From Camelus dromedarius (lineage: Eukaryota), in assembly GCF_036321535.1 (NCBI RefSeq), contig NC_087439.1, forward strand, positions 68,634,001 to 68,698,000: 64,000 nucleotides of DNA. The letters are read 5' to 3'. How positions within the stretch are numbered: the first letter of the stretch is position 1; every line of letters starts with the position of its first letter. Shown here one piece after another: positions 13,280 to 25,445 of the stretch. The notes beneath the pieces were generated by a model, which saw only the letters and a program-made list of their open reading frames with translations, did no database searches and had not been told where the DNA came from. The translations under genes were made by a program, and so were the position numbers.

Positions 13280-13478
13280 CTTTCATTTATCCTTACTAAG
13301 GTGGGACTGTTGCATCTGTTTCAAATGTTGCACTTCAAATATGCAGACATTATCTATTTGTACTTTTCACCCCATCAGTCTTTGTCTACTAAGCAGCAAC
13401 CTCATTTGCAGTGATCTCCTAGGATTAAGATGTCTTCTACCTGCTTCTGTTCAAGGTTGAGAAGTCTCACTTTTAGCC
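13280..13478 (-). other. Candidate non-coding or poison exon (199 nt)
   Basis: Minus strand: branch-like agctaat + cttccacctctttag acceptor; consensus donor AAG/gtaagt; stops in all three frames. Confidence 0.3.
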
Positions 13479-13699
13479 CTAAAGAGGTGGAAGATTAGCT
13501 ACCACCTTGTATTTATCCCCACAAAGAAAATGTATGCATGCATCTGAATCCAGAAGACACACCAACGATGGAAAAAGGAACAATGAACAATAATTCAGGT
13601 TTCGACAGTACTTTGGAAAATAAAACATTAACATAGGTTCCATTGGAAACCCTTACATGTTGGTGAGGATGAGGAGGAGATAGCGATGGTGGTGGTCCT

Positions 13700-13940
13700 C
13701 TCTACCATGCCTTAGCAACATAACACGTATGAGCTACAAGGATCTTCTCAAATGCTTCCTTGGTATTTAACCAAAGTGCAGCAAAGAGACTGTAAAAAGT
13801 TGATCTCTCAGTCCCATTTTACAGTTGAGGATATCGAGGTTTAGAGAGATTAAGTAACTTGTTCTAGGCTACATAGTTCTAGTAATCAGCAACTCCAGGA
13901 TTTAAACTCAGTTTCCAAATGGTTCCAAAGTCCATAGTCT
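13700..13940 (-). mobile_element. MIR remnant
   Basis: 'cccattttacagttgaggatatcgaggtttagagagattaagtaacttg' is the reverse MIR core. Confidence 0.75.
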
Positions 13941-16904
13941 CCTTGCTACTTCACAATGCCAACATAATAAACAGTTCATGAGGATGACACTGGTGATTAA
14001 ACAACCACTGAGAAACTTATTTTTACTAGTTTTTCCAGAGAGACAGAAAAAATATCAGTTCTTATTTACCCGATATTCCTTCTAGATGTGGACTACAAGA
14101 TGTCTTTACAAAAGCAAAGTTAGCTCATTTCTATTCATAGAAAAGTCTAGTCTGTTATTCCCTGTAAAGGCATGCAAAGAGTGGGGTTGGAATAATCCCC
14201 CAAATTCCACAAGGAATTTTATGGTACTGAAGGGTAACTCTCTGAGGTCCCATTGTAGTTTTGAATCTCTGGAGACTTACATCACTTTACCTTCCTCAAA
14301 AGTATTCTAAGTCAGTGCCTGAGAGGAAGGGCACAATTCTGTATTTCTAATAAGCATTCAGATGCTGTCCACCACCCACAGGTTTAGTAAATTCTAAACT
14401 TTAAGTCCTTAGAATCAACCCATAGCCTTCAGTGTAGATGTTTTGTCAGGGAGTCTGACTACCAGCACATTAAACAATCCTTTGTGAGAAATGAAGAGAG
14501 GTAAATAAGAGACAATCTACAGATAAGTTTTTTGCAAAAATCAGCCATTTGCCAAAAAAAAAAAAAATCAATCCAGTGGTAAAGTGACTCCTGACATTTC
14601 TAGATTACCCAACATTATGTTAAATTTTAGAAGAATTATAAAAGGATTATCAGTCCGTTGTTCTCAAGGAAGATGCAATCTAGAAGAATATTTAGAGCAC
14701 TCTGGCACTAAATTTAATGGTAACAACTTTTTGTACAATGGGGTGAAAGTAGTGGCTGGTAACAAAGATTTCTCAGTGGATTCTCACTTCTGGAAAACAA
14801 AGGAATGGTACAGATTTTTAAACATGGGGAATTGAGACAATTGCTTTTCTTGAATATGCAAAGTTTTCAAATTAAAATCAACCCCAGCCATTGTATTCCA
14901 AATGCTGTGCAAGTTAGTTCACAGCTTCATTCTTCAGTGCAGCTGAGCCCTTGCTCAAATGGAAAGGAAGCACGCATGCATATCTAGGTGTGTCTAAGAA
15001 GGTGTTTTTGCTGCCTGATAGAAGAAAGTGTCTTGGACATGCTTCAGATCAGGCTGTCAACTATCTCCCAGGCCCTCTAAAGAATGATAACCACAGCCAA
15101 ACACCAATTCTTGGTACCCGGGTCAAACTTTGCCCTTCCTAGCACACTCGAGATTCTGGGCAGTGCAAAAGCACCCCTTCATATCACCCTGGGAGAGGAA
15201 GACTGATGCCGAGCTGGTAACTCATGACTGCCCATAAGATCAGTATTCTTGATGCCTGATTACAAACTCATTCTCTCTGAACAATCCTCCCCTCTGCCAT
15301 GACCCCAGACTAGGCTCTTGTGTCATATATGCAAAAGAGCTCAGATCGTCCATTAGCCTGGCCTAATATCCAGTAGAAATTTGCCTTTGAAAAAAATCCA
15401 ATTAGCATCAGCATGTCACTGTTGGGGACCATTTACCAAATCCAAGAGTTGTTATTTTTCAGACTGGGATATACCAGTTAAAACAATTCATTTTCCCAGC
15501 CTCTGAAAATGACAGTGTTGAGTCACTCATGACAGAAAGAAAAGAGAAAAAAAGACCTTAAATCTTCCTAGTTGTTTTTGAATTTTATTAAGCAAAATTC
15601 CAAACGTTAGTCTATATTATCAGTGTGTAAGCAAAGTTATACATAAAATAAGCAGCATCCTGAAAAAATAACTGACAATTAAGGTTTACCAACTTATAGA
15701 TGTTGAGCAATGTTTATCTACTCTTCATTCAGCCAAAAAAAACCCTAAGCATTCAAAAATGATATTTTACATAGACAGACTTAAAAAACAAAGAAAAAAT
15801 AAATAGCTAAAGATAACATCTGATAGGGTCAAGTTTTTCTCAAGCACAGACCTCAAGAAAATCCTTGCCTCTGCTTAGCTATGAGGGAAACATTAATTGT
15901 TTTCAGTGGTGTGAAATTATTTTGTCAAGATCGAAGAAATTTCATAGAAATGTCCTAACCTTACACAACAGATAATTCCAATGATTTTGCTTCCAAGGCT
16001 TCTCTGGCTAATTTTTTTCTTAATGAAATATGATAAAATATTAATTCGAGATGCCAAGAGACATACACAAACAGAAACACTGCAGCACGTTTGTTCTAAT
16101 ATAATTGCTGGATGTTGGCTCCTCTCCTAGATAATTACTGCATTAGTTAGCTAGGGCTCCCTATAGGATTATGCAATTTTTTAAAGTAGTTAGACCAGAT
16201 ATCCTGTCCATGGGAAAGTCATTTGTGTGCAGCCCCACATAAGCTGTACTTTTCTGGAAGATAACAAGGCTCTTGCATACTCTGCTGTATTCCAAACCAC
16301 TACATATATGAAACTTGCAGGCAACCAGCCAAAGCTAGAGATGGAGAACGGCTGATAACTCCAAGGAGCTAAGTGATGTTCAAGCCCAAACAACTCCTCC
16401 AGCCTTTCTCAAAGAACATCGACAGCACACCTTTTCTTTCCTTGGGCTCTGACAGCCCCTTTGAAAACAGTGAGAACGATCTTTCAGAAAGGGGGTCATT
16501 TCAGAGAGCAATCTCCACATATCAAAAGTTGGCAGTCTAGAAAAGAAAATCAGGGTCCAGTCTATTCCTTTCGAGAAGCACAATCCAGGTACATCAAAGA
16601 AATGAATCCTTCAGAACAGCCACATCATGTCTGATCAATATGAAAGGATGCTTAGCTATTTCACACTTAATAAAACAATCAAAGGGAAAAGAACCTCGCC
16701 TTTCTTTCCCACTGAAATTCTGCTAATCAGTGAGAGTCCATTTAAATCTGACAGCCGTCTGGCACCTGGCTTTTGCTGGCCAGTCGATCCAGCACTGGTG
16801 AAGAGTATGTCAGTGGTATTCAGCTCTTGCAGACCTAATTTCAGCATCAAGCTATGAGCTGTAAGTACAAAAACTGCCCAGGCACAAGCACAGAAGCCAA
16901 CTAC

Positions 16905-17524
16905 TGAGACAGGGAGGGGGCAGGGTGCAGCCATTCGCGGAATGCCACAGCAGTTAACATCACAGTGGTGGAAGATTCAACCCCCAGTAGGCCTTGAGGC
17001 TCAGGATGATGAGAGATTTAACTTCTAGCTGATCTTGAGCTTCATTATACACCCATTGTAATATATTAACATGGTGAATAACACGCCCACAGGCATCATG
17101 GCAGTCCCAAGGCTAGCCACAAAAGGTCAAAGGGTGGGAAATGGCCAACTTCCAGAGAATTCCCAGCCCCTTCCCCTGGCTACTTGGACTGGTCCTTCCA
17201 CTTATTAGCATACGAAGCCACCAAGCCCGTAAAAACCAGCACCTTAAGGCCGCCTCTCTGTCCCTCTTCGGAGACAGCCCGCATTCCGTCTATGAGGTGT
17301 GTACCTACTTTTAATCTGCGCACCCAACCCCCACACCTTGTGGCCTTTCTCTTGCCTTTCAATGTATCTCTCTAAATAAATCTACCTTTACTCAACTGTG
17401 GCTCGCTCTTGAATTCTTTCCTGAGCGAAGCCAAGGACCCACGCTTGGCGGGGCACATCCCAGAGGCTCAACCGAAACCTGGGGCTCGGCCCTTCTCATG
17501 CCTCACATCCGTTTTCCTGCATCG
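16905..17524 (+). mobile_element. Solo ERV1-class LTR (~620 bp)
   Basis: Starts TGAGACAGG, ends CCTGCATCG (CA>CG), flanked by CTAC 4-bp TSD (16901-16904, 17525-17528), AATAAA at 17375, 'ctcgctcttgaattctttcctg..gaagccaaggaccc' typical of ERV1 LTR U5; no PBS or internal sequence follows. Confidence 0.85.
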
Positions 17525-18422
17525 CTACCACCAACCAGTCAGTTCCTCAATAAATGCTGGTAAGAGACAATTTCTAATAGCTTTACAAAGGACAACATGC
17601 AATAGGAGAAATGAGATTTTAGAGTCTTGCACTAGCCACCACCTATTAAGGCATTCCATTCTCAAAATAATGCTCTGGCCTAGATTCCTATAAATTATTT
17701 TTATGTTGGTTTCCTCTATGAGTGTCACGTTGCCATAGAATCTAAGCAGTCTCAGAGCTGACCATGGCATTTTAAGGCACGCACAGAGGGAGGTAATTTG
17801 GTTTTTGTCACAGAACATGAGCTGGGATGAGGGCACACGCCATACCTCGATGACCTGTACTCACATTCATGAGCTCCATACCTTCAAGTCTGACTTTATG
17901 ACTTCAGAATCACAAAATCCATATCTGAAGCATGCCCCGAGACATTCTCCCACCCCAAACACTTGAAACAACCTCTTTGCTGGCTGCCCTGTCACAGTCC
18001 CTGTTGGATTTCTGTCTGGGATGTAGAAACAGGGAGCTTCGGGAACCATGCCAGCATCCAGGAACCAAAATGAGTTAATTTCTCTCACATTTGTAATTTA
18101 AAAAAACCAAAGGGTCACCACTTTAGAATGCTGCCAGAGATCACTTCTTCACCCACCTTTCCTACCAAACAGCTATAATCGGACCATTCTGAAGTGATGA
18201 CAGTTACAGGAGTAAAACACCCATAGCATAGACCTTTCCACATCCCAAACAGCAACCAACCACAGCTTTCTGCTTTAAGTACAGAACCCTCCGTAAGGAG
18301 AAAAAAAAAATTGTCAATTTTGGAAACCTAAGTAACTACTACATGCTTCACTTCTTTCTTCCTGCACAGCATTCCTATAATTCACAATTTTCTAAAAAAA
18401 GACATCACTAATAATCACATAC

Positions 18423-18462
18423 ATTCTGTCAAAGCTGACAATAAAAAGTTCTGCTCTTAACC
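18423..18462 (-). other. Candidate 40-nt micro-exon
   Basis: Minus strand tgttttgtatttcag/GG...AAT/gtatgt; one open frame (LRAELFIVSFDR); peptide not recognised. Confidence 0.2.
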
Positions 18463-18677
18463 CTGAAATACAAAACAGCAGGACTCATTTTGTAATCACC
18501 CGCTCTTCAAAAGAAATAAAAATTAAGTTCATACATATAGTGTGTGTATGTGTACAGGTGAATGGAAAACACACAGACATATATACGTATCAAAAGTAAA
18601 AAAATATTTGGGTAATTTATTACCCTAAGTTACAAAAATGGTGTTTTTATTTTAAGGACTGTATAGTTTATTCTTTT

Positions 18678-19790
18678 TATTCTAGCTTTATCTAGATTTA
18701 ATTGACAAAAATTGCATATATCTAAGGTGTACAATGTGATGATTTGATAAACCTATACATTGTGAAATGATTACCACAATTGAGCTAGTTAACCCATTCA
18801 TCATCTTACTTCACATAGTTACCTTTTGGGAAGGCAGTGGTGGTGAGAATATAAGCCCTACTCTCTTAGCAAATTTCCAGTGTACAATACACTATTATTA
18901 ACTGTAAATACCATGCTTACACTGGGTACCCAGAACTTATTCATTTTATAACTCAAACTTTGTACCCTCGAACCAGTATCTCCCCATTTCCTAACTCCCC
19001 AGCTCCCCGGCAACCTGCTTCTGCGAAATTGACTCTTTTGGATTCCACATATGAGATTACACGGTATTTTTCATTGTGTCTGGCTTATTTCACTTAGCAT
19101 GTCTCCAGGTTCATCCACTTTGTCACAAATGGCAGGATTTCCAACTTTGTTTATAGATGAATGATATTCCCCTGTATCTAAAGTACACACACACATACAT
19201 ATACACACACATCATGTTTCTTTATCTATCATCTGTCAATGGACACTTAGGTTGTTTCCCTAACTCGGCTACTGTGAACACCGCTGCAGAAAACACGGGA
19301 TACTGATTTCATTTCCCTTGGATAAACATCCAGAAGTGCAATCACTGGATCATACGGTAGCTCTATTTTTAATTCTTTGAGGGACCTCTGTTCTGTTTTC
19401 CACAGTGGCTGCACCAAATTGCACTCCCACCAACAGTGCACGAGGGTTCCGCTTTCTCCACACCTTTGTCAACACTTGTTATCTCNNNNNNNNNNNNNNN
19501 NNNNNNNNNNNNNNNNNNNNNNNNNNNNNNNNNNNNNNNNNNNNNNNNNNNNNNNNNNNNNNNNNNNNNNNNNNNNNNNNNNNNNNNNNNNNNNNNNNNN
19601 NNNNNNNNNNNNNNNNNNNNNNNNNNNNNNNNNNNNNNNNNNNNNNNNNNNNNNNNNNNNNNNNNNNNNNNNNNNNNNNNNNNNNNNNNNNNNNNNNNNN
19701 NNNNNNNNNNNNNNNNNNNNNNNNNNNNGATGGTTTGCAAATATTTTTTTTTCCGATTCTGTGGGTTGCTTTTTCATTTTGTTGACTAAC
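18678..19790 (-). mobile_element. 5'-truncated L1 (L1MA/MB-like), interrupted by an N gap
   Basis: L1 3' UTR/ORF2-end sequence; 13-bp TSD AGTTTATTCTTTT at 18665-18677 and 19791-19803; TT/AAAA target on minus strand; ORF2-like peptide ([14 protein letters not shown]) in ORF track. Confidence 0.9.
19486..19728. other. Assembly gap (243 N)
   Basis: N run inside L1. Confidence 0.99.
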
Positions 19791-20201
19791 AGTTTATTCT
19801 TTTAAAAGTCTGCTGTTCTCTTACTTCAACATAAAATAAAAACATGCATGACTATCAGTAAGTGTCAGGAAAAAAATGAGACTGTACTTGGGAAAAATGG
19901 AGAGAGATTCAATTTTAGATTAGACTGTATCTCTACAGTCCAAAACCACTATTCTGCTTTTCATGTTTAACTTTTTTTTTTTCTCCTACAATATGGGACA
20001 GTAACATGTCAATTAGCTAAGTCTAATAAGAATTTAAAGAATTTATATAATTACATACCTAGTTTTACTGCTTTGCCTCAGATCATTGTCACCACTTATA
20101 AAATACTTTTCATTAAAAAAGGCAATTTCTTCAGTCCTTTGATGGGACATAATTAGCTTTTCTGACATATCAAAGTCACCTTGTAACACTAACTCTTTGC
20201 T

Positions 20202-20341
20202 NNNNNNNNNNNNNNNNNNNNNNNNNNNNNNNNNNNNNNNNNNNNNNNNNNNNNNNNNNNNNNNNNNNNNNNNNNNNNNNNNNNNNNNNNNNNNNNNNNN
20301 NNNNNNNNNNNNNNNNNNNNNNNNNNNNNNNNNNNNNNNNN
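20202..20341. other. Assembly gap (140 N)
   Basis: N run. Confidence 0.99.
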
Positions 20342-20856
20342 AGTGATAATGAAGAGCAGAGGCAGCTTTTTCATTTACAACCTGTCCATAAATTTTGGCA
20401 GGAAATTGAAACTAATTTAATATGTTCAGTCTGAGGAAGTTACTCAATTCTGAGAAAACACAGTCATAGTTAAAACTGCTGTAGCCAGAATTATTCTCTC
20501 TGAAATGAACGAAACAATGACGTAGGGCACCTAACTGGATGTTTTCAAACTGTTACATGGTATTTGGCTAAACTTGAGTAGAAACAGAGTTTGCAAATAT
20601 ACTGGAATTATTACTAAATAAATCTTAATTTGCTGACCCTCATTACTTGAAAGCACTATTGGTGTGCTTAAGAAAGTCATGCTCTGAGCCCTCGTAATAT
20701 ACTGGCACTGTTGGTGATCCTCTGGTAGACTGACAGAATCACATACTTCACTTTAAACCAACATGCTACTCAAAATTTCTAGACTAGAGCGCTTTCATTT
20801 ACATAACTTCTATCTTCAAATTAAGGGCTTTTCAATCAAGACTTCAGATAACGTAA

Positions 20857-20876
20857 GGCAGTGGCCCCTGCTGGTA
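20857..20876 (-). promoter_or_regulatory. Candidate CTCF motif
   Basis: Minus strand TACCAGCAGGGGCCACTGCC, one mismatch to the CCASYAGRKGGCRSYR core. Confidence 0.35.
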
Positions 20877-21984
20877 AAATCCAATACCTTAACACAATTT
20901 AAAATTTTCTAAGAATTGGACATGATGAAAAACTACTCCGAGGAAGCCAGATTCCAAGTGTCCAGATGTCTGCAGGCTCGGAGAGAGGGATCTGTGTGAA
21001 AGCAACGGAACAGCTCCTGGAGCAGAGGCAGAGCTCCCTCTTGTCAAAAGAACTCAGATTTAAAAAATCAAGATGTGTAGCTTTCCTTGCATTGTATCTG
21101 CTAGGTCTACATGTCTGCCAAGGGTCGCACCAAGTAACTTCCACTTCTGAATTTTTAATAGAAAATCAAAATCCTTAACTCTACCCCACAATCGTTTTGT
21201 CCAAATATATCTCCAGTTACATGAAGGAGAACAGTAGGAAAAAACCGGTTTGCTCAGTAGAAGGGTACTTTATGGCCAACTTTTAAGAAAATATTTGCAT
21301 TTAAATTAGATGCACCAATACAGAGCTCTTACCAAGCACTGGCTGAGTCGAGGCTATTACATTTGCAAAGAGAGCTCTGTAAATAAACCCCTGGATTATG
21401 GCACCTTATAAGACATAATATTTAAGCCAAACTTAATACTTTGAGTAATTATTGAGCATAGCATTGTCCTTTTGTTCACCATTCAACTAACAATCCACTG
21501 GCTGAGGCAGGGAAGGAGGCTGCTCTGTTTCCACAGGCCCAGGCCAGCATCTCTCAACTGCCATCAAGTCTCAGTAAAATTCCCTCTTCACCCTAGGCCT
21601 TCTGAAAGCTCCAGGAAAGACAGGTGAAGAAGTGGTTCCAGAAACTGAGGGCAAGTCCTGAAACCCTAAAGGATTCTCCCTGGACAGTTGTTTCTCATTC
21701 CTTCCTCAGCAGGGTCCTTGGTAAGCTATCAGCAAACTAATGGCATGCTGTAAGATTTTTAAGACCTTCTTCTTAATTCTCCTTTTAAAATTCTTAGAAC
21801 CCATTCCCTTTTTATATACGTACAAAGAGATGTGATGAACTTTTAAAAACCCCAAATGGATGAAGAACTGCTCTGAGAATAAAAATGTCCTCTGCTTATA
21901 AACCATCAGATAAAAAAAAATGTCGCAGCACTAATGCAGCCTCTCTCACACTGTCCCTCTTTCAAGACATCTGACCAAAATCTC

Positions 21985-22145
21985 TTACCATGCAGCTCAA
22001 TGTGGCCCCAGGGACCCACAGCACGGGCATCATGGGAGAACATGTCAGAAATGCAGTCTCAGCCCTCTGCAGACCTGCCTAGTCAGAATCTGCACTAGAA
22101 CAAGATCCTTAGGTGACAGGAATCCACATTCAACCTTGAGAGCTC
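21985..22145. mobile_element. MER5A-like hAT-Charlie element
   Basis: 'gcatcatgggagaacatgtcagaaatgcagtctcagccc...cagacctgcctagtcagaatctgca...aacaagatcc'. Confidence 0.75.
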
Positions 22146-22289
22146 TCCACCTACAGATTTTCACAAGATGCTCTGCACAGCAACTTGAACAGATGAAACT
22201 TCAAGGAAATGTGTCATCTTCATGTTTAGCCTGGACAAGCCAATAGAGCTATTTACTAGGACTTTGATAAAGAATATACAAAATTCTAA

Positions 22290-22980
22290 AACAGCAGCTG
22301 AAAATACACAAATTGGGAATGGGGAGTGACTGCTCATGGGTACAAGGTTTCTTTCTGAGATGATGAAATGTTCTAAAAATAGCTTTTGGTGATGGTTGCA
22401 CAACTGTGTAGTTACACGAAAAACTAAGGAATTACACACTTTAAAACAGGTGAAATTTATGGGGTATCTCAGTAAAACTGTTAAAAAACATATAGATTAA
22501 ATAAACTTTTAAAACCATGAAAGGATCAAAGAGCATTAATCATAAGATAAATGTAAGTTAAAAACACCACAAAATATCACTTCACAAAAACTTAGAATAG
22601 CTAAGGAAAATGATAAACTTTAGTATATCCATATAATGGAATATTATTCTGCAATAAAAAATAAACCATTGATACACACAACTATATGGATGAGTTTCAT
22701 TACGTAGAATGACAGAAGCCAAATCCCACAGGATGATTTCTTTGATAGGAAGTTCTAGAAGGAAGCTAGCAGGATAGAAATCAGAGCAGCAGTCGCCTCT
22801 GGGGATGAGGGGAAACTGACATGGCAATTTATTCAAGTGACGGAAAAGTGCTACCTTCTTTATTGAAGTAGTGATTACGAAAGTGATTACATTTGGTAAA
22901 ACTCACTGAACCTTTTACTTTAAATGTGTCTTCTATTGTATGCTAATTATGCTTCACTTTAATAACAGTAACAAAAAAAA
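22290..22980 (+). mobile_element. Old L1M (L1MB/ME) 3' end fragments
   Basis: 'ctcatgggtacaaggtttctttctgagatgatgaaatgttcta...gatggttgcacaact' and 'atcagagcagcagtcgcctctggggatgaggg' are typical L1M 3' UTR text. Confidence 0.7.
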
Positions 22981-23759
22981 ATCTTGCCCTGCTTCATACA
23001 TCCATTTATTCTGGACACTTACAATCTGGGAAATACAAATGTTGCGATTAGGTCTCCCTTCTCTGTCATCTTCAGTACTATGGTATTCTCTCTAGGTCAA
23101 GTATGCACTAATGGTTCCTTATTCTTTTTAAACGTCAAAGTTTATTTATTCTAAATGTATGATTTTTCTAAAATTCTTTAAAAGTGCTTACTCTCTGAAA
23201 CAGGAAGTACACAGTTCATCTTTTTTCTGTGTGACTTCTTTCAATCATCATGAGCACTCAGTAGAGCACCCTGCTGGGATGCAGGGATATCCTGAGAGGC
23301 ATCTGTGTTACAAGGGGCCCTTTACTGTCTCTATAATGAGAGCTCCTATACTCGTATTTTGTTGTTATTCCTACCTGCTCTGCTTGCTTGCTGTCTGGCT
23401 GCCTCTTCTATCGCTGCCAGCTGCCTACTGTCTTTTCTTTCTATTTGCTTCTAGAATTGTAACGTGGACTCAGGTATGTTTTCTGCAGAGAGACATTCCA
23501 TGATCAACCTACCCGGTGCTGTTTCTAGTCACTCTCTCACACATCATCCTGTCCTTTGTTACCACATTATAGTTTTATACTGTTTTTGTTTCAGTTTTGT
23601 TTTTCCGACTTGTTTACCGTCTGTCTCCCTTCACAAGCAGACCTCATGGGGGTCATCTTGCATTAAATGCTCAGCAGCTTAAAGGGTGTCTGGCACAAAA
23701 TGTGTATTTAAGGAAGTGCTACGGATGGGGGTGGGGTGTCTGGCTGGACAAACGCAGGA

Positions 23760-23950
23760 TGACTAGCTGGGGACAGCACTGACTGGAAAGTCGGGTAACT
23801 AAGTCTAGATAGCCCAACTTTAGTAAGCTGTATGATTGCAGACCAAGGGCTCAGGCCCCCTGAGCTGTATGTATTACAGTTCCCTCGCTTGTTAAAATGG
23901 GACCATGCCTCGTGTTCCATACACCACTGCTGTGAGGGCTGAATGGCCTT
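23760..23950 (+). mobile_element. MIR remnant
   Basis: 'cagttccctcgcttgttaaaatggg...ctgctgtgagggctgaatg' resembles the MIR core. Confidence 0.5.
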
Positions 23951-25347
23951 CAAGCCTTCTGTAGGGAAAGAGACTGATAAGTCAAATTGTATTTAAACAA
24001 CGAACAAGAAGGGCTTGAAGAAGATTTGGCCTGTAAAGGATATTAGCTCTAGTGCAACCCTTTTAATGCGTATTTTAGGTGCTCAGGTCTCTCAGATGTA
24101 AGACTTCTGTCTATTTAACTGTTAATTAATCTTTTTCATTTATCTTACAATTATTTTAATATATCTATTGTTTTTTGTTATTTATCTAATAACTAGCTAC
24201 CTAGATTGACAAAATATTCTTTGTACTTACGAAAGCCAAATCAAGAACCACCTCTCAAGCCCTGAGAGCCTTTAGGGACGATCTGAAGCACTGTCCACTA
24301 CCCCAGGTCTGAAAAGCAGGTAAAGCCTGCAGCATGTAGAGGGGGAATGAAGCTTAAGGAGATGTAATTCCCAATAAGAGACTCAGGTTAGACTACGTGT
24401 GACTCAAAAAAAAGAAAAAAAAAAAACAAAAAAAAACAAAAAAAAAAGACAAAGAAAGTGTAGAATTCAAATAAGTATTTGCCAAATTAAGTAAATGAAA
24501 ATCATCCACAGAATCACACAAATATCTGAATAGCACAGAGCTAAAGCTAATGCAACCAGAGAATCACACAGAACTATTTATTACAATTACTTTCTCAAAG
24601 CAAACAGATGACCTTTAACAACTTCTGCCCTAACAGACATTAAGCAGTGAGACGGCGAGTCTGCACATATTTCTCAGGACTTAAACACACTGAATAACAA
24701 GTGAAGAGAATCGCACAGCTGGCCCCAGAGAGCTGAGAGAAAAACAAAGCAACATACACAAAATAATAGCTTTTTTTTTTTTCCCTCCAAAGCATTCTGT
24801 AGGCATGGACAAGATTCACTGATGAGACCCTCTAAACCAGCCTACACACAGGGGACTCTGCAAGTCACTGGTCTCTCAAGTCTAACCAAAACCTTTCAGG
24901 CAAAACTTTTCATCTTTCTTGGTGAAATATTTTCCACATTCTGATACAATTATATGAACCTACATTACGCATATTACGTATATAATTACATCTCTCTAGC
25001 AAACACATACGCATATGAAATGTGGCAGATGATCCTGAAACAACTGCCTTATGTTCCTTTTTCTATCATATTCTGTGTTTGGTGGATTTCTCAGAGAATG
25101 ATGCTCTTTTGGAAAAGAAAACAAATGAATATATTTTTATGACAAAGCATTTAATCTGGCTTTCAGTTAAGGGTAGGTTTATCTAGCTTGTGTGTGTGTT
25201 TCTCCTTTTGTCTTGTTTTTGGGAGGCTGTCTTTTTAGCTGCTCAGTAATACTGGGTAATTAGAGAACTGTGGGATTATCTATCCATTTTGATGACAGTG
25301 TTTTAAAAAGTCCGGATTTCTCCTCCACATTCTCTTTAAGAATAAAG

Positions 25348-25445
25348 AATATATGTATGTACATGCATGACTGGGACATTGTGCTGTACACCAGAAATCA
25401 ACACATTGTAACTGGCTGTACTTCAATTAAAAAAAAAAAAAAAAA
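25348..25445 (+). mobile_element. Very short L1 3'-end insertion with poly(A)
   Basis: 'atgtatgtacatgcatgactgggacattgtgctgtacaccagaaatcaacacattgtaactg..tacttcaatt(A)n'; near-TSD aagaataaag (25338) / aagagtaaag (25444). Confidence 0.8.

Noticed and set aside
19247-20374. Long ORFs in the supplied track (102-142 aa) around 19.4-19.8 kb and 20.2-20.4 kb
   Set aside because: They read through N gaps (X residues); the real residues near 19.2-19.8 kb are L1 ORF2 remnants.
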